Shown in pieces: positions 36,092-49,000 of a stretch of DNA of 64,000 bases. The position numbers and the translations under genes are program-made. Every line of letters starts with the position of its first letter. Position 1 is the stretch's first letter. Below the pieces are notes generated by a model. That model worked only from the letters and a program-made list of their open reading frames with translations. It was not told the origin of the DNA and made no database searches. This DNA is from Amoebophrya sp. A120 (taxonomy: Eukaryota > Protista > Dinoflagellata): contig CAJINV010000001.1 of the NCBI GenBank assembly GCA_905178155.1, positions 9,817,865-9,881,864 of the forward strand. The letters run 5' to 3'.

Positions 36092-37327
36092 TCAGCGCAA
36101 AATCGGCGGCAAAGGAGGCGCGTCCTCGTGAGTTTCGACCCTCGGTGATAAGGGTTTGGGTAAAAACTTCTCCGGGTTCATGTTGACATACAGATTATTA
36201 CCTCCGAGACCTGCTTGCGAAATCGGCGTCTCTCTTTGCCAAAAATCTGGATCATGTGCTATGACACTGTCGAACAGTGCTTCCGGTCGCTGTAGTATGA
36301 CGCTCTTCCGCACGATTGGCACGTTGGTCACCTTTTCTGACGAGGCCACCCAGTTGGCTAGTTCGTAGCCCTGCTTCTCATTCCGCGGGTGCTTCACATG
36401 CAACGAGATTTTCACCGGCTGCTGGCCATCTTGCTGTACCAATTGCGTTTTCTGTACCAACTGTCTCTTCGCTACCACTTTCTGCATGGATTTTGTCCCC
36501 ACGCTCGTGACGTCTCCGTGCTGCAGCACTTGGACGTTGATGACCTTTCTCTGGGTTAACTCTGGCGAAGATGACGGAGAGTGTTGAGACTCGCTTTTTT
36601 TATTGTTTGTCATGTCCGTTTCAACCGGCCGCGCTCTGTGAGCTCCACTGTTCTTGTGTACTCCTTCGCTGTTGCTCGGTTCCTCACCCTCGCTCGTTGT
36701 GCCGTCGAGGAGGTGCCGCTTAAAATCCTCCTCGTCCACTCCGACTTTTAGTGTCACCGGCCGCGGCGGCGATGGAGATGCCGACCGGTGTTTTCGCTTT
36801 GGATTATTGGACGGAGTGGTCGCACTCGTTTTTCGCATTCTCTCTTTTTCAACTACACGCTCGCCAGGAACGTTGTCTCGACTGTCTGGTAGATCTTGCA
36901 GGCCTCCTGCTTGCTCCGAACCGACGGTAGTCTTTTCGACAGATTCGATTTCAGCCAGCTTACCGCCCTGATTTGTTCCGGTCCCATCAGCATCTCCGGT
37001 ATTCGACGTGTGCCCCTCCTCAATAACGTGCGTTTTGCGCACCCGGTCCTCCTTGGCGTTGGACACCGTGCTCGCGAAATGCGATGGGTGCTTAAGTAGG
37101 AGCAAGTCGTGTCGTTTGTGGCGGTGGTGCGCCTCTTCGTCGTGGTCTGAGTCCGCACTAAGAACTGTTGCACGGTCTTCATTTTTTTGTTTTATCGCAA
37201 CACTGTTTTCTAAGGTGTGATGCGGCAGAGCTAGGTGTGAGTGACGGACTTTAGCTCTCAACGACATGTCGGGTTGGTTGAGCTGGTCAGGCACACAATC
37301 GAGAAGGGTATGGAGTAGAGTGCGCAC
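36092..37327 (-). CDS. Hypothetical low-complexity protein
   Basis: 411-codon open frame on the common strand. First in-frame ATG is near 37267. No recognisable domain, and the start is uncertain. Confidence 0.55.
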   Translation of the reverse strand: MRTLLHTLLDCVPDQLNQPDMSLRAKVRHSHLALPHHTLENSVAIKQKNEDRATVLSADSDHDEEAHHRHKRHDLLLLKHPSHFASTVSNAKEDRVRKTHVIEEGHTSNTGDADGTGTNQGGKLAEIESVEKTTVGSEQAGGLQDLPDSRDNVPGERVVEKERMRKTSATTPSNNPKRKHRSASPSPPRPVTLKVGVDEEDFKRHLLDGTTSEGEEPSNSEGVHKNSGAHRARPVETDMTNNKKSESQHSPSSSPELTQRKVINVQVLQHGDVTSVGTKSMQKVVAKRQLVQKTQLVQQDGQQPVKISLHVKHPRNEKQGYELANWVASSEKVTNVPIVRKSVILQRPEALFDSVIAHDPDFWQRETPISQAGLGGNNLYVNMNPEKFLPKPLSPRVETHEDAPPLPPILR

Positions 37328-38130
37328 ATCTCATGGATTGGCAAACAAGGACGTAGGTGCCTGGTATCTCGATTTCAAAGACAAGTACTCAAATTTCGTC
37401 ACATAAATAAGATCCCGAACCATACCATAGATAGATACTGCAACCAGGAATCAACGAATTGAACTTGACGACGACGAGAAAACATCAACGCAACAAGGAA
37501 CGATCGAAAACAGGACGAAGACGACGGGACCAACCATGAACGACTAGGACGCGACAACAAAATCGGCGAGAAAACATCTGTCTACGTACGATAAACAACT
37601 ACCCCACCTGCAGCCGTTCTGCGCGACTGACAAACACTTTTAATGCGAGGTCAGAGTTTAGCCTTTGCATGGCTGGTGTGCGCACCATAGCCATACAAAC
37701 AAAGCAGATAGCATAAAACTTTTAGTCCGTAGCACTGAAAATACAGGGTGTTGTTAAACAAGTGTTACAATTGGTATAGCAAGTTTTTTTCGCCGCGCAT
37801 CCGCATGTCCTACGTTGGCTGGGCTTGCGAAACGGGAAACATTTCTTTGCTGAGAGTGAAACAGAAACATGAGTTGTAGTTGTACCATTTGTTCGCATTG
37901 CTAGGTCCCGGTACAACTACGTTTTGGTGTTCATTGGATGAAGAAATAGATGAAACGAGTCACAAAACGAATAGCAAAACGCGCTACTCGCTTATTTTTT
38001 GTCATTAAGCTAAAACTTCAAATTTGTTCATTGAGTTGCTGATCCTATTCCTTAGTTTGAATTTTTCATTTCAATTAATTTCGAACAAAACAACGGGTTC
38101 TCGTAGTCGTTCTGCAGCCACGACTAAACC

Positions 38131-41100
38131 CTACTTGTTTTTGATTTTCAACCACGCATCGCGCGTGATGATTTCCCAGTCTCCGAGCTCGGAATTGAAG
38201 TGGTAGTGCTTCGCGTAGCCCTGTCGGTACTTTCGGCCCTTTCTCTTCGCATACCGCGACGCCCACTGCACTTGGATCAATCTCGCCGCGAGCAAGCGCG
38301 CACGCGCCACGCCGAAGATCGCATACCTGTGAAAAACGAAAACGTGATTGGAAAGCTGAAGTAAGTGATTCCTTCGAACTGGATGCAGATTAAACTTTCC
38401 AGGTACCTCTACACCCAGCAGCAGGAGCAGCAGAACCAGTAGCAGAAGAACAACGCACATTGATTCGCACTATATCAAAAATCAGTACTTGAGTTTGCTT
38501 CTGCGCACCCATCTCTGTATGGTGCACACTGCGTAGGCCTCGACCTCCTGCTTCCACTGGGTGGGCTGCATGAGCTTCTGGAACTCAACGTAGTTCTTGA
38601 AGCGCACGTTCTTTTTGTTGTCGCTGAATCGCAATCGGCTCGAACTTGGAAACCATTTCTCCAAGAAGAACATGGCCATGGCGAAGAGCTTATCCAGAGC
38701 GTGCACGTGGATGGAGCTGGAAGCCTGAAACGTGGTTTCGTCGTCCTCAACCACAGGGAGGGAGAACATCATGACGACAGAGACGACCCCGTGGTAGAGC
38801 AGCGGCCACAGAAAAACTTTGCCCTCGCCGTCCAAGTCCACCCCGTGGTGGAAGCGGCGCCCGCACGTGCGTCGTGGCTTCTCAAACATTTTCCAGTGCT
38901 TTTCCTGCACGCACTCGCCGCAGAGACCGACCATACCTTGAGAGATTTTTTGCAAGATGTTGCCCCTTTTCACGCAGCAAGAGATCACTTTGAAAATGAC
39001 ACCAGCACTGGCGGGCATTTTTGTATTTTCAAATTGGAAAATCACCTTAATCCAAACACAATTACCGAAATCCCTCGTCAGCAACCCGCCGTGCAGATCC
39101 ACGTCTATTCTCTGCAATGACGGCGGTTTGTTTGCGGTTTCGTGGACCAAGACTATCCTGATTTCGTTCGCAGAGAACATCTGCGACATGCGGTCGCGCA
39201 ACACTCGGAACAGGTCCTTTATCGAGTGGCACTTCTGGAACAGGTCTTCCGCTGCTTCCAGCAGGATGTCTTTTCGCAAACTGGTCTGCACGTTCGCCCG
39301 GTGCTTCTGGCACTTGTTGACCACGTCCACCGTGGAGTAGCCGATCACGTGCAACAAAAACTCGTCAAACGGGTCGAAACAGCTGCTCTGCGTGTTGATC
39401 TTGTTGCACGCCTCAATCACGGCCCGGACTTTCCCCTGCGTGCGGATAGGCGCGCAGAGAACCGCTTTGGTTCGGTACCCAGTGACTTTGTCCATCTCGC
39501 GGTTGAACGTTACATCCGCGTACGCGTCGGCGATGTTCACGGACGCTTGTGACTTGAACCTGTGGACGCATAATTCAATCACAATCACGACACCCTCGCT
39601 CAAATTCTAGTAACCACATTGATGCAAAAACAAAGTTTCTGTCCGACAAAACCATAAACGGCAAGAAATCAACAAAAGTTTCAAAAATCAGAGTACGCTC
39701 GCGAGACGTAGCTGCCGTCGTTGAGGTCTTTTATCACCAGTTTCGTTCCGGTTTTCGTCTCGGCGTTCACCCAGGCGGTGTTCTTTGCGTGGTTGATGTA
39801 CCAACACCTGGCAAAGTCGCACTCTAGAACGCGGCAGATCACAAGATTTATCGAGCTCAACGCCACGTCCTGGTCGCGGAACTTGTTCATAGACTGAAGA
39901 TCCTTCATCAGCTGCGTCATCATGCTGCCTTTTCGATGGTGGAGAACGAACTCGCGAGCAAGGTATTTGATCGCGCGGTACCTGTGCAGGTGCGGCGGGG
40001 GCTTGCGAGGACGCATTTTTCTTATTCTACGAATGAAATGCATGACCGCAACGCTGAAACTTGTCAAAGAAAGCAAAGAAAGTCAGGCAGTACTATACCT
40101 TTCCTCACTCTTCTCGTTGAGGTACATCTCGTTGAAGATGTCTACTGGCTCCTTGCCGCAGTTGTGTGTGAGCCTGGTCAAAAACTCGATGGCTTTCTTG
40201 TTCGACTCGTCCGCCGGCTCGGACGCAAGTCGCGCCTCCGTCGAGATTAACCTCCACACCGGGTCGTGGTGCTGTGGGTTGGGCAGCCCGGTCAGCGCCT
40301 GGTCCTCTGCGGTCTCCAGTGCCTCGTACAACGCCGCGGACTCCGCAGCTGACTCCGTGCTGGGCGGTACGCGGTTAGTCCCCGACCGCCAAGTTTTCTG
40401 CGTTTCGAGGTGAAGGGCTTTCCACTTCACCTCGTACAGCTTCTCCTCTTTCAAGGTTGACTCCAACTGCGTTTGGAGCCTGCTCGACTCCTTCGCTAAT
40501 TTGCAAAGCGTGTGCTTCATACTTTGGACCGCGCGCTCCTCCTTACCGAACTTCTGCGGCGGGACGGTGTTCAGGGTTTTCAGAAACTTCGCGACGGTCG
40601 TGTTTACCAGTAAGAACTGCTGCCTTAGTCGTTCACTTGTCACCTTATTTTCCGCGGCGACCTCCTTCTGCTCGATAAGTTCCTCCTCCAAATGCTGCTT
40701 TCCGGAAAGTAAACTTTGGTTCTCACCCGCGGCCGCGCGGATGAGTTTCTCTGACTGTTCGGTCTTTCGAGTTTTCGAGGTGAGGCCCTTGTTCAGCCTG
40801 GCGAGCTCTTTCTGAACCTGAAATTTTTTGTTGTGTGGTGTCTTTTGGCTGTTGAAAAAATGATTCTAAGTAACCTCAGCGAACTTCAAAATCAAACACT
40901 ATCACTACATCCGCTATGTATTCGAAAATACAGAAAATTCCTCCTGCTCCGCCCGATACTGTGGCCTGAGATCCTCTTGTAGCCTTTTCTGCCCCGGGGC
41001 GTCCAAGGTCGGCAGGTAAAACGCGAGCAGCTTCTTTTTCACTATGTCCACCGCGGGCCAGTTTTTTCGCAGCTGCTCCTTGAGTAAGTCTTGGTAATTC

Positions 41101-41659
41101 ACCGGCGGGAGGTCCATCTCCTGGAGGACGGGCAGAAGCTTTTTCGCATGCTGCATACTTGGTGTTCTGGAAGACCGCTCCATGTATTGGAGGACATTTC
41201 GTAATCTCGCTTTCAGCCGGAGATTTTCCTCCACTAACTGATCTCTCTCTACCTCCGCCTGATTCAGCTGTAAATCTTCTTCCGCGTCCTGCTTCAGCTT
41301 CTTCGCTACCTGGATGGATGAAGGTCTTACCCGTTTTACCTTATACCCTCATGTATGATCATGTGTAGTTCACAAGCAAGACAGTCACACTCTGTCCTCC
41401 ATGTACGGTCCACAAAACAAATTCCACCGTTTGCATACAAAAATACCTGCTGATACGCTCCGTCATCCTTCCCTGGCCCCTTTGACGGCGACAAAGTTCC
41501 CTGCGACATTGACCTGGCCACGGAATTCTGCCGGCTCGGGGGCAGCTGCGAGGAAGAGGCGGAGCGGGGCATTTGCGACGTTGTGCTGTCATTAAAGTAG
41601 AGGTGGTGGTGATGGTGCACCGTGTCCCCGCCCGCAGGGGTCGTGGGCGTTTCTGGCAT
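38131..41659 (-). CDS. Coiled-coil + tandem GAF-domain protein with C-terminal IQ-like motifs, 7 exons
   Basis: PDE-type GAF signature VNIADAYADVTFNREMDKVTGYRTKAVLCAPI...VIEACNK...F...DE. A second degenerate GAF follows, then AVCTIQRWVR and AARLIQVQW. All junctions resolve as in-frame GT-AG. Confidence 0.85.
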
Positions 41660-43303
41660 TTGTAGTAAGTTTCGGGGGCCGTGGCGCGCGGAGAATTTAC
41701 AAGAGCATCCGACTCGCACCCAAGGGTTCGTAGCTGCAAGCAAGTGAACGTCAGACACCCAACTCTTCGGGCTGCGGAATCTTCCGAACCTACACGTATA
41801 ACCTCATAGCATCGGGCGAAGAGGTCTTTTGCTTTTCATTTCATCATCGTCCAATTAAACTTGTGACAATCAAACGAAACAACGCTTCGGGGTTGCCTAT
41901 CCTTGCTTCATATCGGAAAATGATTGAAAGCGTGAACAATGGAAATTGTCCCCCGAGCTTTCGACAAAACAACCTTTCAAAACCAATTTCAAGTCAGCGA
42001 GTACCGACATCCACAACATCTCGCCAACTACGCAACGAAATGTCGACTCATTTCTCAGATACGCACAACTCACTCGACACTCATTGCTTCGCGATTTGAA
42101 GCCGTGGCTTGCAAGCCTCTTCTGCACTACCTAGAGCCAGAGCTTACGAAAAAGGCTGCTCGGCTCCGATGAAAATTTGAAACGACAAAGTGGAGCAACC
42201 CTCTCCCTCTGAGAGCTGCACAAATCTTTGCTCACTGAGCTTCAGTCACCGTACGAGCTCCCAGGAATGACATTTTTTGAGTGCTTAATTATGCCTGATC
42301 GTCCTTACAGCCTGTGACTAGCTCCTGTACATTCTTTTTCCATTCACAGCAGCCTTGTTTTTAACCGCCCCGCTCCTGTGAATTTTGTGAAGAGTTATAG
42401 CTTCCTTGTCCTTATGATTGAATTGAGAGAGTTGTGTAGAAATGAGAGTGTAGTGCTAGTTCTAACATTCGATAACCACCTGCGTGCTGTGCAATTGATT
42501 TTCTCGCCAACGCCATCCTTACACTGTATTGCACGACCCTACCTGCACATCAAAAACGACGTGCTGTCGACGAGAATAAGTCGGAAACAAATGGTAGAGC
42601 AGAAGTAGCTGGGGGCGAAACATCATAAAAATGTTAAAAAGTGATATAAATTTGGTTGAGCCGCGTGACCGCGCTCCAAACTACCGCTGCCAGAAAAATT
42701 TAGGTACAAAATTCGCGATTCGAGAAAACGCCACAAAACTGGATACAGGGATTTAGGAGACGGTAGAGAACTATGATGTGTTTGATTTCGAGTGTAGGCG
42801 GGCGGCAGTTTTTGAGTTTACAAGAGTGGCATTGGTGGTATCAATTTCAAAGACGGGGTAGCTGCTCCGTATGAGGAAGTTCATCTGTGTTCGAAAGCCA
42901 AGGAGTATCTATTCGTAGTCGCAGCGCCAGCAGAAAACCAGCAGATAACGCCGGGTTCTATTGTCCGAGTTGAATTCTGTACGACGACCTCCAAGTCGGC
43001 CTCCGTTCGTTCATCACGCAGCTGGAAGATCAGGAAAACGCCATCGAAACGGGTTGTCGAGGAAAGAAGAAATTCCAATATGCACCACCATGCGATGACC
43101 CGTTCCGCAGGCTTTACTCGGGAGCTCGATCATTGTTCGAGAAAAAAAAACTCGCCCGCCTTCTTCTCGTCACTATCTGGTTGTACAGCAAGCTACGGGA
43201 TAACTTTTGTTACACTGCCGCAAGAATGATCCGGGAAAGATTACGATGAACTAGAAACGAAGAACTTCTGAGGAACAGCGACTCCCGTGCTGGTGGTCTA
43301 CTT

Positions 43304-44851
43304 CTACTTGCTCCGATTGCTTTTTTTCGACCCAGACGAAGTGCTCGGAGTAGAAGCGTTTTGCGCCACAGGCTTCGGCGTGGTGGCGTGCACGTCGATG
43401 ATGCTGTGCGTGGAGTCGATCAGCATCCAGTCGTCCTCGACCGTTTGGAACGTGAGGTCCTCTTCCTCCTTGAGTTTCGACTCCCACTGCTTTTTCTCCT
43501 TCAGCAGCTCGCGCTCGAGTTCGTCCTTGACTTGCCGCTCGTAGTCACGCTTCTCCTTGGCCACCTGCTTTTTCAGCTTATTCAGCTCCTCCTCCTTCTT
43601 CAGCTGCAACTCCCGCATCTCGTTTTCCTAAAAGTCATAGGAATGCATTGGACGTACAGAGATAAACGCGTTTTCTCGTCGCATGAGAACAGCAGCTAAA
43701 AACCATACTACACGTATGAAAATTGTATCAAAATCACAATGGGAGCGAAAGAAAACTCGTACTTTTTTGCTGTAGAGTTTCCGCTCCTTTTCCGAAAGTT
43801 TGTCCAGAAACTTTTTCTTTTCTGCTTGCAGCTTCGCCTGTCGCTCCTTTTTGAAGCTGTCCTTTTCCTCTTCGAGCTTCTTTTGCAGTCGCTGCTCTTC
43901 AGTTGCCTTGTACTCTTCTAGGAGCTGATATTTTTTCAGGGAATGAGGTGGAATGGTATGCGTTTACAAATGTCAAATACAACAAAACAACATAAAGTGA
44001 AATGCGAAATCTGCGGACCTTTTCCTGTTTTTTCAACTTTAGGCCCTCGTGATTTTTGATGTTGCAGTATTTCTGAGCGGCGTCATTGCGCTCCTTGGTT
44101 GCCTGCTGCTCCACTTCATCTGCCTTCGCAGCAAGCTCGTCCCGTTCCCTCTCAAGGTTCTCCCGGAGCTAGCGCATCAAATTGAAAACGCCCCAAAAAA
44201 GCTCGGACCACTTTGTTAGAACATGCAAGACTTTGGATGGTCTCCTGTCTAACCTGGGGACCAGTCGTGGGGAGTGATTTCAATAGGATACGCTGCTCCT
44301 GAGTAGTAGTAGAGTCAAGGTTGTAACAAATGCAAAACACAAAAAAATTGTTCAAGGAGATACGATACCTGCCCGAGGCAATCATAGAAAGTTCGGTGAC
44401 AAAGTGTCATACCCTAATTTTTAGCTCCTCCTCATGCTGCTTGATTGCTTCGGCTTGCTGCCTCTCCAGCTCTGACTTTTCTCTATTGATCTGGATTTGC
44501 AGCTCCTGTGTAAGTGATGTGAGAACAAATTTCCACGCGGCTCTCGAACTAGCTAGAAAACCAAAAGCTTACACGTTTTTATTTTGCAAAGAGTTCATCA
44601 TCGGAAGTTAAAAATGAAACCTCTGCGAGCTCCTTCTCCCTTTTTTTCAGAATAGCATCTGCTCTATGATTTCCAAAAATCCTCGCACGTCACACACGAT
44701 ACTGGTAATTATGTGACTACTGCCCGCAAGCGGGAAAAAATTACCAGTTCGAGTTGACATTGACTAAGGATTTTCCATGCATAAATTTCTGCTCTCTCTT
44801 TTTCGAGCAGCTGCTCGTATTTTGTTGCATCCCAAGAGGGGTCCAGGTCAT
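43304..44851 (-). CDS. Lys/Glu-rich coiled-coil protein, several short exons
   Basis: Charged heptad-rich pieces at about 44420-44510, 44020-44150, 43760-43920 and 43304-43630 are separated by AT-rich GT-AG introns. The start is uncertain. Confidence 0.6.
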
Positions 44852-46011
44852 CGTCCTTCTTTTTCCCCTTTTGCTCGAATGAAGGCAAAAAAGTGCATCA
44901 GTGCTGTACGACCGGGCGTAAAGGGGGGCAGTTCCTCTGGAACATCCTCGCGTCACAGTCACAGAGCAGGAAGGACATGCCTACTGACGGTTCCAACTTT
45001 AGCCTCAGCAGTCGTGGCACTGATGCACGTTTTTCCCCCGCCATACCTTCCGAGTCATTGCTACTGTCACCACTCAACTAAACGGTGTGCATTGAACAAA
45101 GTGATCCAGCGTTGCGCATCCGCTCTCCTTTCAAAATTTTGTCGTTGGAGCTTCCACAACAACGAGGAGCTCACACCTGCAGGTAGGAGCTCATAGTACG
45201 TCGCTCCCAGATTCTACAGGTTGTTTTGCTCTCACACTCACGCTCCACTTCTGTGGAATTCCATTTGCTAGTCTATCGCTTTCCTTCAGCACACAGCTCT
45301 CACACTCTTCGCCATTCGAGAGCGCTAGTACGTTATCTGATGAAAGCTTATCCAACACGTCGTAAAGGGCGGAAAAGGGTCAGCGACCGAATGCTCCAGG
45401 AGCAAGTTTTTCCCTAAAAGTTATTATCGTTCTTCGCCGGAACTGTATCAGGTTCTTTCACTCTTGATCATCTTGTTGCTTTCGTTATTGCCGAAACTAT
45501 CCATATTCACGTTTCCGAAGTACCGTAGAATTGCTTAGAGAAACTCACACTCGTGATATTGAGTTGTGTGATTTGCTAGATTCAAGATTTTTCTCGAGAG
45601 AGTTGTGATGAAGAAAGAGAGTAAGATGCCCATGCGAGACTTTGAGGGGTAACTAGTTCGCCGAAGTCTCACAGCACGCAGTAAAAGAACCGTGAAATGA
45701 GTACAAGGGTAACCTAATTCAAAAAGCTCTGCATACAAAAAGAGGTCAAATTGGAAGTACAGCTGAAACGAAAGCTCGGAGAGTGCGATTTATTCTTTGT
45801 GTCTGACCCCCTCATGGAGCAGCACGAGCCAGCCCCACTTGCTGCTAAAATGGAAATTGTCAAATCATCTTTCTTTTGTGGACCACGACCAGGAACACTA
45901 GTCCTGGAACCGTCGTTATTTTTGATTCAAATTTGTCTGACGTAACAAACTGCTTTGGTTCTATTTCTACTTGCTAATGAATTGATTCTAGAAATAAATG
46001 CTGCCGCGCTA

Positions 46012-49000
46012 CTACACTTTGCCGTCTTCGAGAGGCGCGACCTTACCTTCATAGCCGTAATCTTCTATGGCCGCATCCTGGGAGGCCGACGACCCGCTTT
46101 CGCCGTCCTCGATCTGCTCCAGGTTTCGGGAGATCCCGACGTTCTGACTAGCGGCGACCTTGGCCGCCAACGCGGCGCGAGCGGCAGCAGCTGTTGTTGA
46201 TTTTTTTTTTTCGATTGCTCGGAGTCGGAACGCGAATTTTTCAAGCCAGAACAAGAGTACCATACATACTGTTACTGATAAAAGGGAAAACGACCAGAAA
46301 AAAACACAACTACTTAATCTCTCTTTATACCATTCTTCGCTTTCCTCTCGCGCATGTACTTTGCGAGAAAGGAGTTTTTGATCTTCGGCGTGACGTACTT
46401 GGACCAGTACTGAGCGTAGTAGACGTAGGCTAGAATTACGATCGAGAACAAGCCCGCGGCACTGGCCCACCCAGCGGCCTCGTCGCTACCGGCTCCTATG
46501 GTCGTCGGCTTGTCCTGCGTGGCGAAGCTGATCCCGTCCGTGATGCAGCACTCGCACAGCTCCACCGTTTCGACCTGGTTATTCACCGTGTTCAGGTAGT
46601 TCATGCGAATCCACTCCCGCATGGCCACGCCCTCGTTGCAACGGAACTTTATCCTGCCGATGAAGCCCGGGCCGCAGTCGGTCTCGTAGGTCTCAGCGTG
46701 GTTCATCTGTGGGTACGCAATCATCAAGTCTTCCCCCGAACGCAACTCCGAGGGCATGCAATTGCTCGTCCCACAACTCCCCGCCACGATCTTCACAACG
46801 GAATCGTCGCACTGCACGGTGGCGCGCCCGGCGAGATGGCTAGGGCACGCAACCTCCTCGGTTTCGCCGTGTTTCAGGTCTCCGTGGCTGAGAATGATCG
46901 GGTACTTGTACAGGTTGTCCGGGTCCGGCTGTTGTATACTGCCCGCGTAGCAGTTCAGCTTGCAGAAGGAAGCCTGGATTCGCGGGATGCCGTCAAGGCA
47001 CTTCACCTCCGCCGTCCCAGAAGCGACGGTCGCATCGCACTCCGCGTTCCGGATCGTGTCGTGGGTGATCGGAGGTGCCACCCAGGTTACCGCGATTCCT
47101 GTTGGTTCAAATTTGGTGTCGTTTTGCTTTTGGTTTTGGGTCAGAAGCAATCAAAACATACACGATCTAATCACTCTTTTCATCGATCGCTTCGCACCAG
47201 AAAACGAAAAATCAAATACCTCTGGCGTCGATCAGCGTGTCCGGCGGGCAGGTCTGGAAGCATTTGCTGTTGTAAGGGGACGCGATGCCGTCGTTGCACT
47301 GCAACACCAGTTTTCCCGGGCCGGCGCAGTCCACCTGAATCATCGTGCCGTCGATGATCTTCGGATGGCGGAACGTGGTACCAAACAACTTGGTCGGCCC
47401 CAAGCAGTTGCGCATGCAGGTTCCCGTCACGTTCCGCGCCCCGTTCTGCACAGCATACTCCATCGAAACAGCGCCGTCATTGCACGCCAGATTCATCTCG
47501 TGCGCGAAGTCGATGGTTCCGACGTTCGCAAGGGAACAAGTCAAGTTCTTGTTCGTCCCTGATGTTGTGTAGATTTTAATCGTGAGTGCGTGGTGATTTG
47601 ATGTCCAAAGTTTGGTTTTGCGTCTAACTTTCATTTCACAAAAACCTGTAGAACTAGAATTTCAGAAACATGAAGAAGCAAAGTTTGCATTACCGTGCTC
47701 GATTTTTTCGTGCGGTACGGTGGCACCATTTGAGACGACGGAGCCAGGAGCGCAGTGGCGGGAACACCTCCCGGTTTCGTTCACCGCCCCCTGAAAGCAG
47801 AAGATCTTGATCCTCCCGGTGTAGTCTAAATTCCACGATCCGCAATCCGCCTCGTACATCTGGCCGTGCGCGATGCTGGGGTGCCGGAGATTGACGGTGT
47901 TGGACGTAAACTCCCTGGCTGGGCAGTTGGTTAAACACACGCCCCCGGTGCGCTGGTGCGTCCCGTTCACGCAGGTGATATTCACGGTCCCGCCCATCGT
48001 CGTCCCCAGCGGGCAGGGCACGTTCATCGACGTCTCGTCGTGCTCCATGTAGGGCATGGGAATGAGCGCGCCGGTGGGGGTGGTGTACAGGGTCGGCGGG
48101 CACGGGTTGTTGCACCCGCCCGCGACCTGCGTCGGCGTCCCGTCCTTGCACTGAATATCCACCGTGCCCTTCGTGTTCGCCGGGCAGGGGAGCGTCTGGG
48201 TGGTGCTGTGGTCCATCTTGGGGGTGAAAATCCGGACGCCGCCGTAGATCGACAGACCCAGCTCGTTGTTGATGGTGGGTAAAATCGTGCCGTTGATCTG
48301 GCACCGGTCCCCGCAATTGCTGTAGGGGACGGTGATCTCCTGCTTGTTGCAAGCTAAAGTCAAATCGCCGGTCAAAGGTTCGGGGCACTGCATGTGAACC
48401 GAGCCCAAGTGGAAAATCAGCGGGTGCTGCAGCGGCAAAAACCGCGTGGCCGCCTGCTCCACCACACCGGCCTGGCACGGCGAGCTGGCGCACGACCCTT
48501 CCAGTATGGTCAGTTCCTGGTGGAAGCACAGCAGCCTTAGGTACCCGGTATCCAAACCGGCGGCGCACGTGAACATGTCCGTGGTGTTGTGCTTCAAGAA
48601 TTCGATCGCCTGCGGAAAACCACCGCTGTTGATGATCAGCTTGTCGCAGTTCCACCAACACTCACCGGAGTGCTTCGATACTTCACCGTTGTTGCAGTAG
48701 AGGAACATTGTACCTGTTTTTACGTGTAAAAAACTAAGTAAGCGAGGCTTTTTTTACTCTCCTTCACTTGGAGGCGACCACTCTGGTCTGCGTCTGGTGA
48801 AAGGAATGACTACTTCATGTAAAAAAAAAAACGAAGCATAAAAATTTCACATCGTACCTGTGTAGGACAGTGCATCGGTCGCCTCTGGACAGCCCGCTTC
48901 GTAAACCTCACCGTGACCAATCCCCAGCATTCCCACTGCCCTATCCGTCGCTTTCGGAAACGGCATGTTGGTGATACCGCGCACGAGAAAGGTGCTGGCC

